In this document: one piece after another, positions 36,117 through 45,545 of the stretch
Numbering within the stretch: the stretch's first letter is position 1
How the letters are laid out: every line of letters starts with the position of its first letter
DNA from: Candidatus Aenigmatarchaeota archaeon
Lineage (GTDB): Archaea > Aenigmatarchaeota > Aenigmatarchaeia > GW2011-AR5
DNA length: 64,000 bases
Direction of reading: 5' to 3'
Assembly (NCBI GenBank): GCA_016187335.1
Contig: JACPJW010000001.1
Span: 608,001-672,000 of the forward strand
The notes under the pieces: generated by a model
The model's database searches: none
What the model saw: the letters and a program-made list of their open reading frames with translations, nothing else
Told to the model about the DNA's origin: nothing
Position numbers and translations under genes: made by a program

Positions 36117-36406
36117 ATGTAGCGGTACAATATATAAGCCTTCGCCGCTTTCGGGAGCTTGTTCTTCACGAGGACGAACTCCAACGTTTCTTTTATTGCT
36201 TCGACGGGAACCGGCTTGCCCCTGTATTTCCTGGCTATCAGCGCTTGCGCCTGCTTCGCCAGCTTCTCGGCAAGTCCCGGCCTGCTCTCGTGAGCATGCG
36301 CCAGGGCTTTCCTGATGCTGCCAAGAATTTTCCTGGGCTGGAACTTTTCCGTGCGCCCGTCGCGCTTTATGACTTTCATGGTTTTTCTTGGGGAGATTTT
36401 AGGCAT
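36113..36406 (-). CDS. Stand-alone ATP-cone protein
   Basis: VIKRDGRTEKFQPRKI...AKAYILYR. Confidence 0.88.
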   Translation of the reverse strand: MPKISPRKTMKVIKRDGRTEKFQPRKILGSIRKALAHAHESRPGLAEKLAKQAQALIARKYRGKPVPVEAIKETLEFVLVKNKLPKAAKAYILYRYM

Positions 36407-36431
36407 AATTATTATTCACCGCCAGGATTTA

Positions 36432-37226
36432 TTAATCGTGTCCTTCCCTGTGCCAGCCGCTTTTCCACAGCACGAACATCGCAGCCAAAATTAACAATTC
36501 AACAGCAATGACATAATGAATGATGCTGAAATAAATTATCGATATGATCCACGTCCCGAGCGCGAGCAGGAACAGCCCGACGGCCAAGCGCATCTTGCCG
36601 CGGTGCTCTCTTCTCCATAACTCCATTTTCTTCAGGCCCGTTCCCGTGTAAGCAAGGTAAATTATCGCGATAAGCGGCACCACGAAAACAAGGTTGTACA
36701 AGAGCAGATAAATCAGTGCAATGCTAAAATCTATCTGCGACATCAGCGCCAGGACAGCCAGGTAAGGAGCGCCTGTGCATGGAAGCTCGACCAAGGTCAC
36801 CAGGACGCCGAACATGAACGCGCCCCAAAGGCTCGCGTGCGTTCTATGGACGTTGCGCTCGACGTGCCTGACGAATCGCGCCGGTATTGCCAGGGAAAAC
36901 CAGTGGCCGTACCAGAAGAAGTCCTTGACCTCGAGGAAGCCTGCAAGAAGAACAAAGGTTCCTATGACTCCGTAAAGTACCTGGCTCAGGAACTGCACCT
37001 CGCGCACGGCGTTGAAGATGTGGAGCAGCGTCAGGCCGCCGAGGAGGTACGTGAAATATACGCCCGCGACATACACGGCGCCGATTTTCAGTATGTTATT
37101 TCTTTTCTTGGCCTTCACCAGGATGGTAATCATCAGAAGAAGGACGCCGATGACGCAGGGATTTATCGAGTCAATGAGCGCTCCCCCGATTATTATCGGC
37201 AGCGTGATTTCCGGAGCAAGGACCAT
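36432..37226 (-). CDS. CcdA/DsbD-transmembrane-domain protein
   Basis: DSINPCVI and ELPCTGAPY Cys pair in TM helices. Confidence 0.8.
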   Translation of the reverse strand: MVLAPEITLPIIIGGALIDSINPCVIGVLLLMITILVKAKKRNNILKIGAVYVAGVYFTYLLGGLTLLHIFNAVREVQFLSQVLYGVIGTFVLLAGFLEVKDFFWYGHWFSLAIPARFVRHVERNVHRTHASLWGAFMFGVLVTLVELPCTGAPYLAVLALMSQIDFSIALIYLLLYNLVFVVPLIAIIYLAYTGTGLKKMELWRREHRGKMRLAVGLFLLALGTWIISIIYFSIIHYVIAVELLILAAMFVLWKSGWHREGHD

Positions 37227-37281
37227 AACCTATCTTAGGCGCGTTACCGAATAAATAGTTTGCACAGCATTTATTTTAACT

Positions 37282-38433
37282 ATGGTCGGCGAGCAAATAA
37301 CAACATTAGTTCTTTACGAAATCTCGGTTATGCTTATTTTTGCTGTTCTAGGATACATGCTTTCTAAGAAAACCGGCCAGCCGGTCAGCGTCGGCATAAT
37401 ATTTATCGGCGTTCTTCTCGGTCCCAGCGTTTTCGGTCTGCTGAGTTATAATGAAACTATCGCTATTATAGCAAGGATCGGAAGCATAATTCTGCTTTTT
37501 CTTGCCGGCCTTAGCGTAGACTATTCATCAATATACAACAAAAAAGCCCTTCTTGTTGGGATTGTAGGAGGACTTCTGCCTTTTGCGGGAGGCGCTGTTA
37601 TAACAGCTGCGTTCGGCTTTGATTTAATAACTTCCATTTTTGTTGGCGCGACCCTCACAGCAACATGCCTTGGCATAACATCCGCACTGCTACGTGAAAT
37701 GGGTAAGATGAACACAGAAACAGCGAAGCTGATGCTCGGCGCTGCCGTTGTTGACGACGTCGTCGGGCTTCTAGTCCTTTCTGTCGTGAGCGCAGCGCCT
37801 TCATTTGCATTCATGCCCCTGATTACGAAAATATCGCTTGCGATTATTTTCTTGGTGACAATTTCATTTTTCGGGATAAAGCTTGTCCCCAGGATTGTTG
37901 ACGTCTTCGACAAGAATTTTGGTATTGTTTCAGGCCACCTGACATTCACGTTCGGTATGGGGATTGTTTTCGGCTTCAGCTACATTGCTGAAGCAATAGG
38001 TCTCGCAGCCATACTTGGAGCGTTCCTTGCCGGCGTCTGCCTTTCCAATACGCTCTACTCGCGCTTTTTCCACCACGGCGGCGAGTATCTGGAGGCTGTT
38101 TTCACTTCCATGTTTTTCATTGCTATCGGGATAGTTGTAGAGCTGACTGCAATAGTAACATCTTTCTGGTTGATAGTAGCTCTTTCTGCAGTTGCCATTG
38201 CAACCAAGCTTTTCGGGTGCGGGTTTGCTGCCAGGAAATGCGGCATGAACAGAAAAGACTCGCTTATCGTCGGCGTTGGGATGGCTCCTCGCGGAGAAGT
38301 CGCCTTTATCATAGCTCTTTTCGGACTTTCTATTGGCGTGATTTCCAGAGAAATTTATTCCTCAATAGTCTTCGTCTCGTTCATAACAACAGTAATAACG
38401 CTTGTAGCCCTGAAAAGGCTTTACGGCAAGTAA
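37282..38433 (+). CDS. Cation:proton antiporter (CPA2 family)
   Basis: Polytopic; AAVVDDVVG, ILGAFLAG, GMAPRGEV. Confidence 0.9.
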   Translation: MVGEQITTLVLYEISVMLIFAVLGYMLSKKTGQPVSVGIIFIGVLLGPSVFGLLSYNETIAIIARIGSIILLFLAGLSVDYSSIYNKKALLVGIVGGLLPFAGGAVITAAFGFDLITSIFVGATLTATCLGITSALLREMGKMNTETAKLMLGAAVVDDVVGLLVLSVVSAAPSFAFMPLITKISLAIIFLVTISFFGIKLVPRIVDVFDKNFGIVSGHLTFTFGMGIVFGFSYIAEAIGLAAILGAFLAGVCLSNTLYSRFFHHGGEYLEAVFTSMFFIAIGIVVELTAIVTSFWLIVALSAVAIATKLFGCGFAARKCGMNRKDSLIVGVGMAPRGEVAFIIALFGLSIGVISREIYSSIVFVSFITTVITLVALKRLYGK

Positions 38434-38443
38434 TTAGAACTTG

Positions 38444-38625
38444 TCAATTACCCGCCGCTAAAGCGGCGGGCGTGTGTTAAGGTTGAATAGATATGGCTTC
38501 GTTACGTAATTCAGATTCATGCTTTCGGAACGTATGGTTAGAGTTTAAGGTCGAAATTCAGAACAGCCTGAAGTTGCAAAGCAACTTCCATTCTCTTTGG
38601 CTGAATCCATAGGCGTTCTTTCGAC
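38444..38625 (+). ncRNA. Orphan omegaRNA/HEARO-like structured RNA or IS200/IS605 end
   Basis: GTCAATTA-CCCGCCGCTAAAGCGGCGGG-...GGTTGAATAG; nested GTCGAAA/TTTCGAC, GAAC/GTTC, GCCT/AGGC, GAAGTTGC/GCAACTTC. Confidence 0.5.
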
Positions 38626-39480
38626 TTACTTCTTTACAAATTTCTTCAGAACATTTTTTATCTCATCAGCAACGTCACTGGCAAGAGTAGACTCGATATG
38701 CTTCTTCGCCGCAAGGTCGCCGGCGGCGCCGTTTATGAAGGCGGAAGCGCACGCAGCGTCAAAAGCATCAACGTTGCGGGCCAGCAGCGCGCCGCATATG
38801 CCCGCCAGCGTATCGCCGGTCCCGCCTTTTGTCATGTAGGGATTTCCTGTCCGGTTCACTGCAACGCGTTTTCCGTCGCTGATGACGTCTGCATAGCCCT
38901 TGAGCAGGATAACGCAGTTAAGCTTCGCGGCGGCTTTCTTTGTTTCGTTAATTCTGCTGTAAACATCCGCGCGCACGCGCGTTCCAGTTACGACAAAAAA
39001 TTCCTGCGAATGCGGCGTGAGGGCGAAGTTTTTGGCAAGATGGAAGCCTTTCAGCGCGTGCAATGCATCGGCGTCAACAACGCAGGGATTTCCAGATTTT
39101 TTGATGTAACGAAGAATATTCTTTACCGCTTCAATTGTTTTCTTTTCCCTGCCCAAGCCGCCGCCGATTACAACGGCATCATGATTGTCTATGAGCGGCG
39201 TTATTTCCTTGATATGCTTGTCAGTCAGGCAGTCGCCTTCCAGCGGAATGGTTATCATGTCCGGCAGGAATTTCGCAACAATGTCAGCGGCGCGTTTCGG
39301 TGCTGCTATAGTCACCAAGTCACAGCCCGCGCGGTACGCGGCTATGGCATTGAACGTCGGAGAGCCGCTGTAGATTTTGGAGCCGCCTATCACGAGCAGC
39401 TTTCCGTACATGCCCTTGTGTGACCACTTCGCACGCGGCTTGTAGATTTTTTTCAGCAGCTTCGCGGAAACGTAGTGCAT
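38626..39480 (-). CDS. nnrD: ADP-dependent NAD(P)H-hydrate dehydratase
   Basis: SHKGMYG, IGGS..YSG, VVDADAL, LTPH, GGTGDTLAG. Confidence 0.92.
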   Translation of the reverse strand: MHYVSAKLLKKIYKPRAKWSHKGMYGKLLVIGGSKIYSGSPTFNAIAAYRAGCDLVTIAAPKRAADIVAKFLPDMITIPLEGDCLTDKHIKEITPLIDNHDAVVIGGGLGREKKTIEAVKNILRYIKKSGNPCVVDADALHALKGFHLAKNFALTPHSQEFFVVTGTRVRADVYSRINETKKAAAKLNCVILLKGYADVISDGKRVAVNRTGNPYMTKGGTGDTLAGICGALLARNVDAFDAACASAFINGAAGDLAAKKHIESTLASDVADEIKNVLKKFVKK

Positions 39481-39565
39481 GAGAAATAATTAGGCGCGGT
39501 AATTTTTAAGCTCCGAAAGCCTGTAAGGCAGATGGTTTTGGATGAGAATTTCTTTCATAAATTTC

Positions 39566-40597
39566 TCAAACGACGCTCAATTTGGGCGGCGCGTGGAGAA
39601 GCTCGAAAAGCAGTTTTATTGCGTTGTTTATGTCGTTCATGCTCGCAATGCCTATGGTGGAATGCAAGTTGCGGATCGGTATGCCGACAATTGTTGACGG
39701 GACGCCTTCCCTTGTAAACGATATGCTCAGGGCATCCGTCGAGCCTTTCTCGTTGACGTCATACTGCAGTGGTATTTTGTGTTTTTTTGCCGTTTCCGCC
39801 AGCCAACCGTTTATCGTGCTGTTTGTTATCATCCCGCTGTCTTTCAGCGTGATGGCCGGGCCTTTGCCGATAACATTCATTTTAATGCTTGCCTTGTCTT
39901 CAGCCCCTGTTGCATCAACGGCTATTGCCCAGTTCGGCTGTATCTTGTATGCGGAGATCTTCGCGCCGTATAATCCTATCTCTTCCTGCACGGTGAAGAC
40001 ATAATAAATGTCAGCCTCGGTTTTCTGCAGCTTCTTTGCCAGTTCTATCAGGATATAGCAGCCCACACGGTCGTCCAGGGCCTTGCCGTATACGAGATCG
40101 CCGTCTTTCAGGTAGCCGAATTCCTGGTACAGAACAATAAAATCCCCCGGGTTGACGCCTTTCTTTTCCAGTTCCTCCTTTGTATGGCCCGTATCGATGA
40201 AAAGGTCTGAAGCTTCCGGAAGTTTGGTGACAAAATCAGAGTTGCTGATTTCCTTTGTTGTTATGACGCCGTCAACGAAATGATTGTAAGAGGATTTTAT
40301 TTTCACCCTTTGTCCTATCAGCGTCAAAGGTTCTATGCCCCCTATGCGCGAAAAATAAACATTGCCTTCGTCATCTGTGCCTTTAACCATAAGGCCGACT
40401 TCATCCGTGTGGGCGGCCAGCATCACCTTTGACCCCTTTCCTTTCTTGTGGGCAATAAGGTTGCCCACGGAATCAACACTGGTTTCGTCGACGTATTTCA
40501 GTATCTCCTTGTTGATAACAGCCCGTATTTCCGCTTCGTTGCCGCTTATGCCGCCCGCGTCAACCAGTCTTTTCAGAAGTTCAGTCATGATTATCAT
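39566..40597 (-). CDS. M42 family aminopeptidase (TET-like)
   Basis: AAHTDEVG, ALDDRVG, TVQEEIG, STD, NLHS. Confidence 0.92.
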   Translation of the reverse strand: MIIMTELLKRLVDAGGISGNEAEIRAVINKEILKYVDETSVDSVGNLIAHKKGKGSKVMLAAHTDEVGLMVKGTDDEGNVYFSRIGGIEPLTLIGQRVKIKSSYNHFVDGVITTKEISNSDFVTKLPEASDLFIDTGHTKEELEKKGVNPGDFIVLYQEFGYLKDGDLVYGKALDDRVGCYILIELAKKLQKTEADIYYVFTVQEEIGLYGAKISAYKIQPNWAIAVDATGAEDKASIKMNVIGKGPAITLKDSGMITNSTINGWLAETAKKHKIPLQYDVNEKGSTDALSISFTREGVPSTIVGIPIRNLHSTIGIASMNDINNAIKLLFELLHAPPKLSVV

Positions 40598-40631
40598 CTG
40601 CTAAGGCAAAGCGCTTCAGTGTCAACCGCTT

Positions 40632-41942
40632 TTAACCTGTCACTTCCTTCACAGCGTCCTCGAAAATATCCAGGCCTTGATCAGCCTGTTTTTTGCTGAT
40701 AATTAATGGCGGGCAGACCCTTATTACGCTTTCGCCTGCCGGCAGAAGTATAAGTCCTTTCTCGCTGGCCTTGCAAAGAATCTGCGCCCGCTCTTTTTCA
40801 GCAATTTTCCTGCTTTTCTTGTCCTTCACGATCTCAACGCCTATCATTAAACCCAAACCGCGCACGTCGCCGACGATTTCATAGTCGTCCCTGATTTCCC
40901 CGAGCCTTTTCATCATATAACTGCCCACGCTTTTTGCGTTTTGTCCTAATTTCTTTTTCCTCATGTAATTCAGCGCTGAAATTCCTGCAGCGCACGCAAT
41001 CAGGTTTCCGCCGAACGTGTTTGCATGGCTCCCCGGAACCCAGTCCATTATCCTGCTGCTTGCCACCGTAGCGCCCAAAGGAAGCCCGCCTCCTATTGCC
41101 TTGCTGAGCGAAACAATGTCAGGGAGCACGCCGAAGTTTTCTATTGCAAGGAAAGTCCCGGTGCGGTAGCATCCTGCCTGCACCTCGTCGTCGCATAGCA
41201 GCGCGCCGTGTTCATTGCACAGCTTTCTCACGCCGCGGACAAAGCTTTTCGGCGGCACGACGTAGCCGCCTTCGCCCTGTATTGGTTCCATGAACACAGC
41301 AGCAAGATTGCCATGAAGTTGTTTCATCGTCTTTTCCAGCGCGTTCAAACAATGCTGGCTGCATTCTTCCGGCTCCATTTTCATTCTATAGTAGTATGGA
41401 AATGGAACGTGCTTTACAGGCAGGAAAGGCGAAAACCGCTCACGCTGCACGGGCTTTGAATTCGTCATCGACAGCGAGCCCATTGTACGTCCGTGAAAAC
41501 AGCCCTTAAAAGCAATGACCCATTTCTTGTTTGTATGCCATCGCGCCAGCTTGTACGCAGCCTCGATGCTCTCGGTTCCGCTGTTTGAAAGGAAGCATTT
41601 GTCAAATTGCTTTGGAAGAAATGTCAGCAGCGTCTCTGTGAATTTCACCGGCAATTCGGCGTAGAAATCGTAAAAGCCCGCGTGAGCGGCAATCTTCGCC
41701 TGCCTGGCCATTGCTTTCATCACTTCAGGGTTTGTATGCCCGACGTTCATGACAGCGATGCCTGCGGCAAAATCCAGGTAGCGCCGGCCGTCAGCATCGT
41801 AGACATAGCAGCCCCTGGCACTCTTGAAGACAAAAGAGTATTCGCGCGTCGCCGAGGAAGAAACAGCTTTGCCGTCCCTTCTGATGATGGCAACGCTTTT
41901 CGGCCCGGGCTTGCGGCAGATGAATTTAATTTGCCTGTTCAT
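40632..41942 (-). CDS. Class III aminotransferase (ornithine/4-aminobutyrate type)
   Basis: SGTESIEAA, FHGRT, EPIQGEGG, DEVQAG, SKAIGGG. Confidence 0.92.
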   Translation of the reverse strand: MNRQIKFICRKPGPKSVAIIRRDGKAVSSSATREYSFVFKSARGCYVYDADGRRYLDFAAGIAVMNVGHTNPEVMKAMARQAKIAAHAGFYDFYAELPVKFTETLLTFLPKQFDKCFLSNSGTESIEAAYKLARWHTNKKWVIAFKGCFHGRTMGSLSMTNSKPVQRERFSPFLPVKHVPFPYYYRMKMEPEECSQHCLNALEKTMKQLHGNLAAVFMEPIQGEGGYVVPPKSFVRGVRKLCNEHGALLCDDEVQAGCYRTGTFLAIENFGVLPDIVSLSKAIGGGLPLGATVASSRIMDWVPGSHANTFGGNLIACAAGISALNYMRKKKLGQNAKSVGSYMMKRLGEIRDDYEIVGDVRGLGLMIGVEIVKDKKSRKIAEKERAQILCKASEKGLILLPAGESVIRVCPPLIISKKQADQGLDIFEDAVKEVTG

Positions 41943-41995
41943 GCTAAATTAAATCTTTCTATAGCTTTATATAATTTATATGATAAAATTATCAT

Positions 41996-42310
41996 ATGAA
42001 AACTATTCCTTACAGGCTGTTTTTCAAGGCATTTTCAAATGAAACACGGCTAGGGATTATAAACACTTTAAGAAACGGCCATCAAAAAAATGTTACCGAG
42101 ATATGCAATGAATTAGACTTTGAACAATCGCGTGTTTCTCATAATCTTTCTTGCCTGATAGATTGCGGCTTCGTTGAAGTAAAGAGAAACGGAAAGGAAA
42201 GGATATATTCGCTCAATAAAGACACAATAAAGCCTATGATAAACCTGATAGACAGGCACATCAAAAAATATAGTAAGCATCTGCACAGATGCGGCGTCCT
42301 GAAGAGGTGA
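41996..42310 (+). CDS. ArsR/SmtB family regulator
   Basis: AFSNETRLGI, QSRVSHNL..L..CG, C-terminal HRC. Confidence 0.9.
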   Translation: MKTIPYRLFFKAFSNETRLGIINTLRNGHQKNVTEICNELDFEQSRVSHNLSCLIDCGFVEVKRNGKERIYSLNKDTIKPMINLIDRHIKKYSKHLHRCGVLKR

Positions 42311-42314
42311 TTTC

Positions 42315-43727
42315 ATGGATTATGATTTGGTAATTCTTGGTCAGGGTTCAGCGGCATTTGCAGCGGCAATAAAGGCGAATGATTTGGGCATTAAAACAGC
42401 GATGATCGGCGGAAATGCAACTCCCGGAACACTTATTGGAGGCACTTGCGTAAATGTCGGGTGCATGCCCAGCAAGAATTTGATAACTGTTGCAAACGCT
42501 TTCTATCATGCTGCGAACAATTCTTTCGAAGGCATAAAGTACGACAAAGGGAAACTGAATTTCAAAAAGATAATAGAGCAGAAGGATAAACTCGTTGCAA
42601 AATTCAGGAAAGAGAAATACGCCGACGTTGTAAAAAACCTTGATAACGTTACTTACATTGAAGGTAAAGGCAGATTCGTTTCCAGGAATGAAGCTGTTGT
42701 CAATGGAAAAAAGATAAGAGGGAAAAAATTTGTAATCGCTACCGGGGCAAGATCAAATATTATTCCTGTTAAAGGCTTGGAAAATATCGATTATCTCACA
42801 AACGAGGAAGCTCTGAGCCTGAAAGAGCTGCCTGAATCCTTATGCGTGATAGGCGGCCGTGCGCTAGGATTGGAATTCGCGCAGATGTATGCCCACTTTG
42901 GCACAAAGGTTATAGTTCTGCAAAGAAGCGACCGGATAATCCCGGAAGAGGAACCTGAGATTTCTGATGCGTTAAAGCGGTACTTGGAAGAAGAAGGCAT
43001 CGAAATTTACACCGGCATGAATATTAATTTTGTAAAGAAATCCGGCATCAAGAAAATTGTCAATTTCTCCGCCAAAGGCAGGGCAAAGGAGATAGAAGTC
43101 AGCCACATTTTATTCGCGACAGGCAGAAGACCAAATACAGACGGCATGAATTTAGAGAAGGCAGGAGTAAAGCTTGACGACAAAGGCTTTGTAAAAGTCG
43201 ACAGCGGAATGCAGACTTCTGCGCCGCATGTTTTTGCAGCCGGCGACGTGATTGGAGAGCCTATGCTGGAAACAATAGCAGCGAAGGAAGGCGCTGTTGC
43301 TGTTGAAAACGCGTTTGCAAAGCAAAAGAAGAAAATCAATTTCAACGAAGTTCCTAGAGCTGTTTTCACTTATCCGGAGGTTGCAAGCGTTGGCCTGACG
43401 GATGAAGTAGCTAACGGCAAAGGAATAAGGTGCAGGTGCGGCGTTCTTCCACTAGATTACGTGCCGAAAGCTCATGTTATCGGCGATACGCGCGGATTGG
43501 TCAAAATTGTTGCCAATAACAAGACGAAACAGATTGTTGGTGTCCATATACTCGCGCCTCATGCAGCTGATCTAATTCATGAAGGCACGATTGCCGTAAA
43601 ATTTGGATTGACTGTTGATGACATTATAGATACTGTTCATGTCTTCCCGACGCTTTCAGAAGCAATCAAATTGGCAGCCCAGTCATTTTACAAGGATGTA
43701 AGCAAACTGAGCTGCTGCACAGAGTGA
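42315..43727 (+). CDS. merA: Mercuric reductase lacking the NmerA domain
   Basis: GGTCVNVGCMPSK redox disulfide, C-terminal SKLSCC pair. Confidence 0.88.
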   Translation: MDYDLVILGQGSAAFAAAIKANDLGIKTAMIGGNATPGTLIGGTCVNVGCMPSKNLITVANAFYHAANNSFEGIKYDKGKLNFKKIIEQKDKLVAKFRKEKYADVVKNLDNVTYIEGKGRFVSRNEAVVNGKKIRGKKFVIATGARSNIIPVKGLENIDYLTNEEALSLKELPESLCVIGGRALGLEFAQMYAHFGTKVIVLQRSDRIIPEEEPEISDALKRYLEEEGIEIYTGMNINFVKKSGIKKIVNFSAKGRAKEIEVSHILFATGRRPNTDGMNLEKAGVKLDDKGFVKVDSGMQTSAPHVFAAGDVIGEPMLETIAAKEGAVAVENAFAKQKKKINFNEVPRAVFTYPEVASVGLTDEVANGKGIRCRCGVLPLDYVPKAHVIGDTRGLVKIVANNKTKQIVGVHILAPHAADLIHEGTIAVKFGLTVDDIIDTVHVFPTLSEAIKLAAQSFYKDVSKLSCCTE

Positions 43728-43739
43728 TTTTATTAGTTT

Positions 43740-45203
43740 TTACCGCTCGATGTCAATCTGTGCCCTCTGCAGCTTGCCGCTATAATCAATATACACGGCT
43801 TTGATTTCGCTGAATTCCTCGATGCCTGTTATTCCGGCTTCCCTCGTGCCATTGCCTGTTTGTTTCACGCCGCCGAACGGCAGATGCACCTCAGCGCCGA
43901 TTGTCGACGCGTTGACGTAAGTTATGCCCGCCTCTATGTTTTCTATAGCCTGAAACGCGTTCTTTATGTTGTTCGTGTATATGGACGAGCTAAGGCCGTA
44001 ATCAACAGCATTCATGTATTCCACGGCTTCTTCCAGCTTTCTGAAAGATATTATAGAAAGCACCGGCCCGAATATTTCCTCTTTAGCGATGCGCATGTCA
44101 ATGCTGACTTCCGTAAACACGGTTGGTTTGTAGAAGAATCCGCGCGTGCCATGCTTCTCTCCGCCGCACAGAAGTTTTGCTCCTTCTTTCTTTCCTATTT
44201 CAACATAGCGCTGGGATTTCTCCACGGCTGCTTTGTTCACGAGCGGACCTACATCCGTTTTGGAGTCAAGGCCTGACCCAAGGCGCAGCTTCCTGGCACG
44301 GTTTACCAGGGCATTCTCGAACTTCTTTTTTATTTTCTCATGAACAATCACGCGCGATGCCGCCGTGCATCTCTGCCCTGTCGTGCCGAACGCGCCCCAT
44401 ATAACGCCGTCCAGGGCTAAATCAATGTCCGCGTCATCCATTATTATTATGCCGTTCTTGCCGCCTAATTCCAGGCCTACTTTTTTTATCCCTGCGTTCT
44501 GGGTTATCCACAGGCCCGTGTCGCGGCTTCCTGTAAATGAGATGCCGCGCATTTTCTTGTGCCTGACAATTGCTGTGCCGGCCGGGTCGCCGGGTCCTGT
44601 CACAAGGTTTACAACGCCCTTCGGCACGCCGGCTTTTTCGATGAGCTTTGTAAGCTCCACAGCGCACAGCGGGGTGTCGCTGCTCGGCTTCCAGACAACA
44701 GCGTTGCCGCATACAAGCGCAGGCATAAGTTTCCACGCTGGTATGGCTATGGGAAAGTTCCACGGAGTTATTATGCCTACGACGCCTACAGGCATCCGCA
44801 CTGTCATGCAGAACTTGTTGCGCAGTTCTGACGGGGTTGTATTTCCGAAAAGCCTTCTTCCTTCTCCGGCCATGTACTCCGCTATGTCAACAGCTTCCTG
44901 AACGTCGCCGCGGGCTTCTGTAAGAACTTTGCCCATCTCCGTTGTCTCCAATCTTGCCAGCCTTTCCTTTTCCTTGCGCAGCAGCTGGGCAATGCTGAGC
45001 AAAATTTCTCCGCGGCGCGGCGCAGGAATATTAGACCATTTTTTCTGCGCATCTTCCGCGGCATCGACAGCCTTGCTAACGTCAGAAGCCGCGCTTTTCT
45101 GGAAATAGCCTATTGCCTTCTCTGTTGACGGATTAATGCTGGAGAAAACTCCGCCTGAAGAAGGAACCCAGTTGCCGCCAATATAGTTTTTGTAAACAGC
45201 CAT
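43740..45203 (-). CDS. NAD(P)-dependent aldehyde dehydrogenase (candidate glutamate-semialdehyde dehydrogenase)
   Basis: PWNFP, FTGS, LELGGKN, GQRCTA, EEIFGP. Confidence 0.92.
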   Translation of the reverse strand: MAVYKNYIGGNWVPSSGGVFSSINPSTEKAIGYFQKSAASDVSKAVDAAEDAQKKWSNIPAPRRGEILLSIAQLLRKEKERLARLETTEMGKVLTEARGDVQEAVDIAEYMAGEGRRLFGNTTPSELRNKFCMTVRMPVGVVGIITPWNFPIAIPAWKLMPALVCGNAVVWKPSSDTPLCAVELTKLIEKAGVPKGVVNLVTGPGDPAGTAIVRHKKMRGISFTGSRDTGLWITQNAGIKKVGLELGGKNGIIIMDDADIDLALDGVIWGAFGTTGQRCTAASRVIVHEKIKKKFENALVNRARKLRLGSGLDSKTDVGPLVNKAAVEKSQRYVEIGKKEGAKLLCGGEKHGTRGFFYKPTVFTEVSIDMRIAKEEIFGPVLSIISFRKLEEAVEYMNAVDYGLSSSIYTNNIKNAFQAIENIEAGITYVNASTIGAEVHLPFGGVKQTGNGTREAGITGIEEFSEIKAVYIDYSGKLQRAQIDIER

Positions 45204-45394
45204 GGCTTAGTTATGCTCCGGCCGCTTAATAAAATTTTGCTTGAAGACAAATGTAAAACGGAAGGTGATTTGCCGCTTCTTTCCATGGTAAGAGCGCTGA
45301 ATTTGTGCTTTCTTTTCTAGACAAAATGATTTCTTCCGCTTATTGACCTCTGAGAAGGTCTTTCGTTTCCTTGCAGAACGAAGTTCTGCGGGGT

Positions 45395-45446
45395 TCTGAA
45401 GAAGCAAAGCTTCTTCCGAATGATTGAACTTTTCTGAAAAGTTCAA
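45395..45446. repeat. Hairpin cluster including a palindrome-family copy
   Basis: GAAGAAGC-AAA-GCTTCTTC and TTGAACTTTTC-T-GAAAAGTTCAA; GCAGAAC-GAA-GTTCTGC just upstream. Confidence 0.7.
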
Positions 45447-45545
45447 ACGTTTCACGAATGTTTCACGGCGGTTTCTCGTATCCGAAACGGACTATATATA
45501 CATTAGCGATGAGCGGCGCCGGGCCGCGAGCAATCGTCTCTAAAA

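Noticed and set aside
6594-38625. Intact autonomous IS200/IS605 elements
   Set aside because: Only end-like palindromes are present; no tnpA, tnpB or iscB ORF lies between or beside them
45207-45455. 82-aa ORF MKRLNFSEKF...
   Set aside because: Made largely of palindromic repeats in the ALDH upstream region; no RBS or family motif
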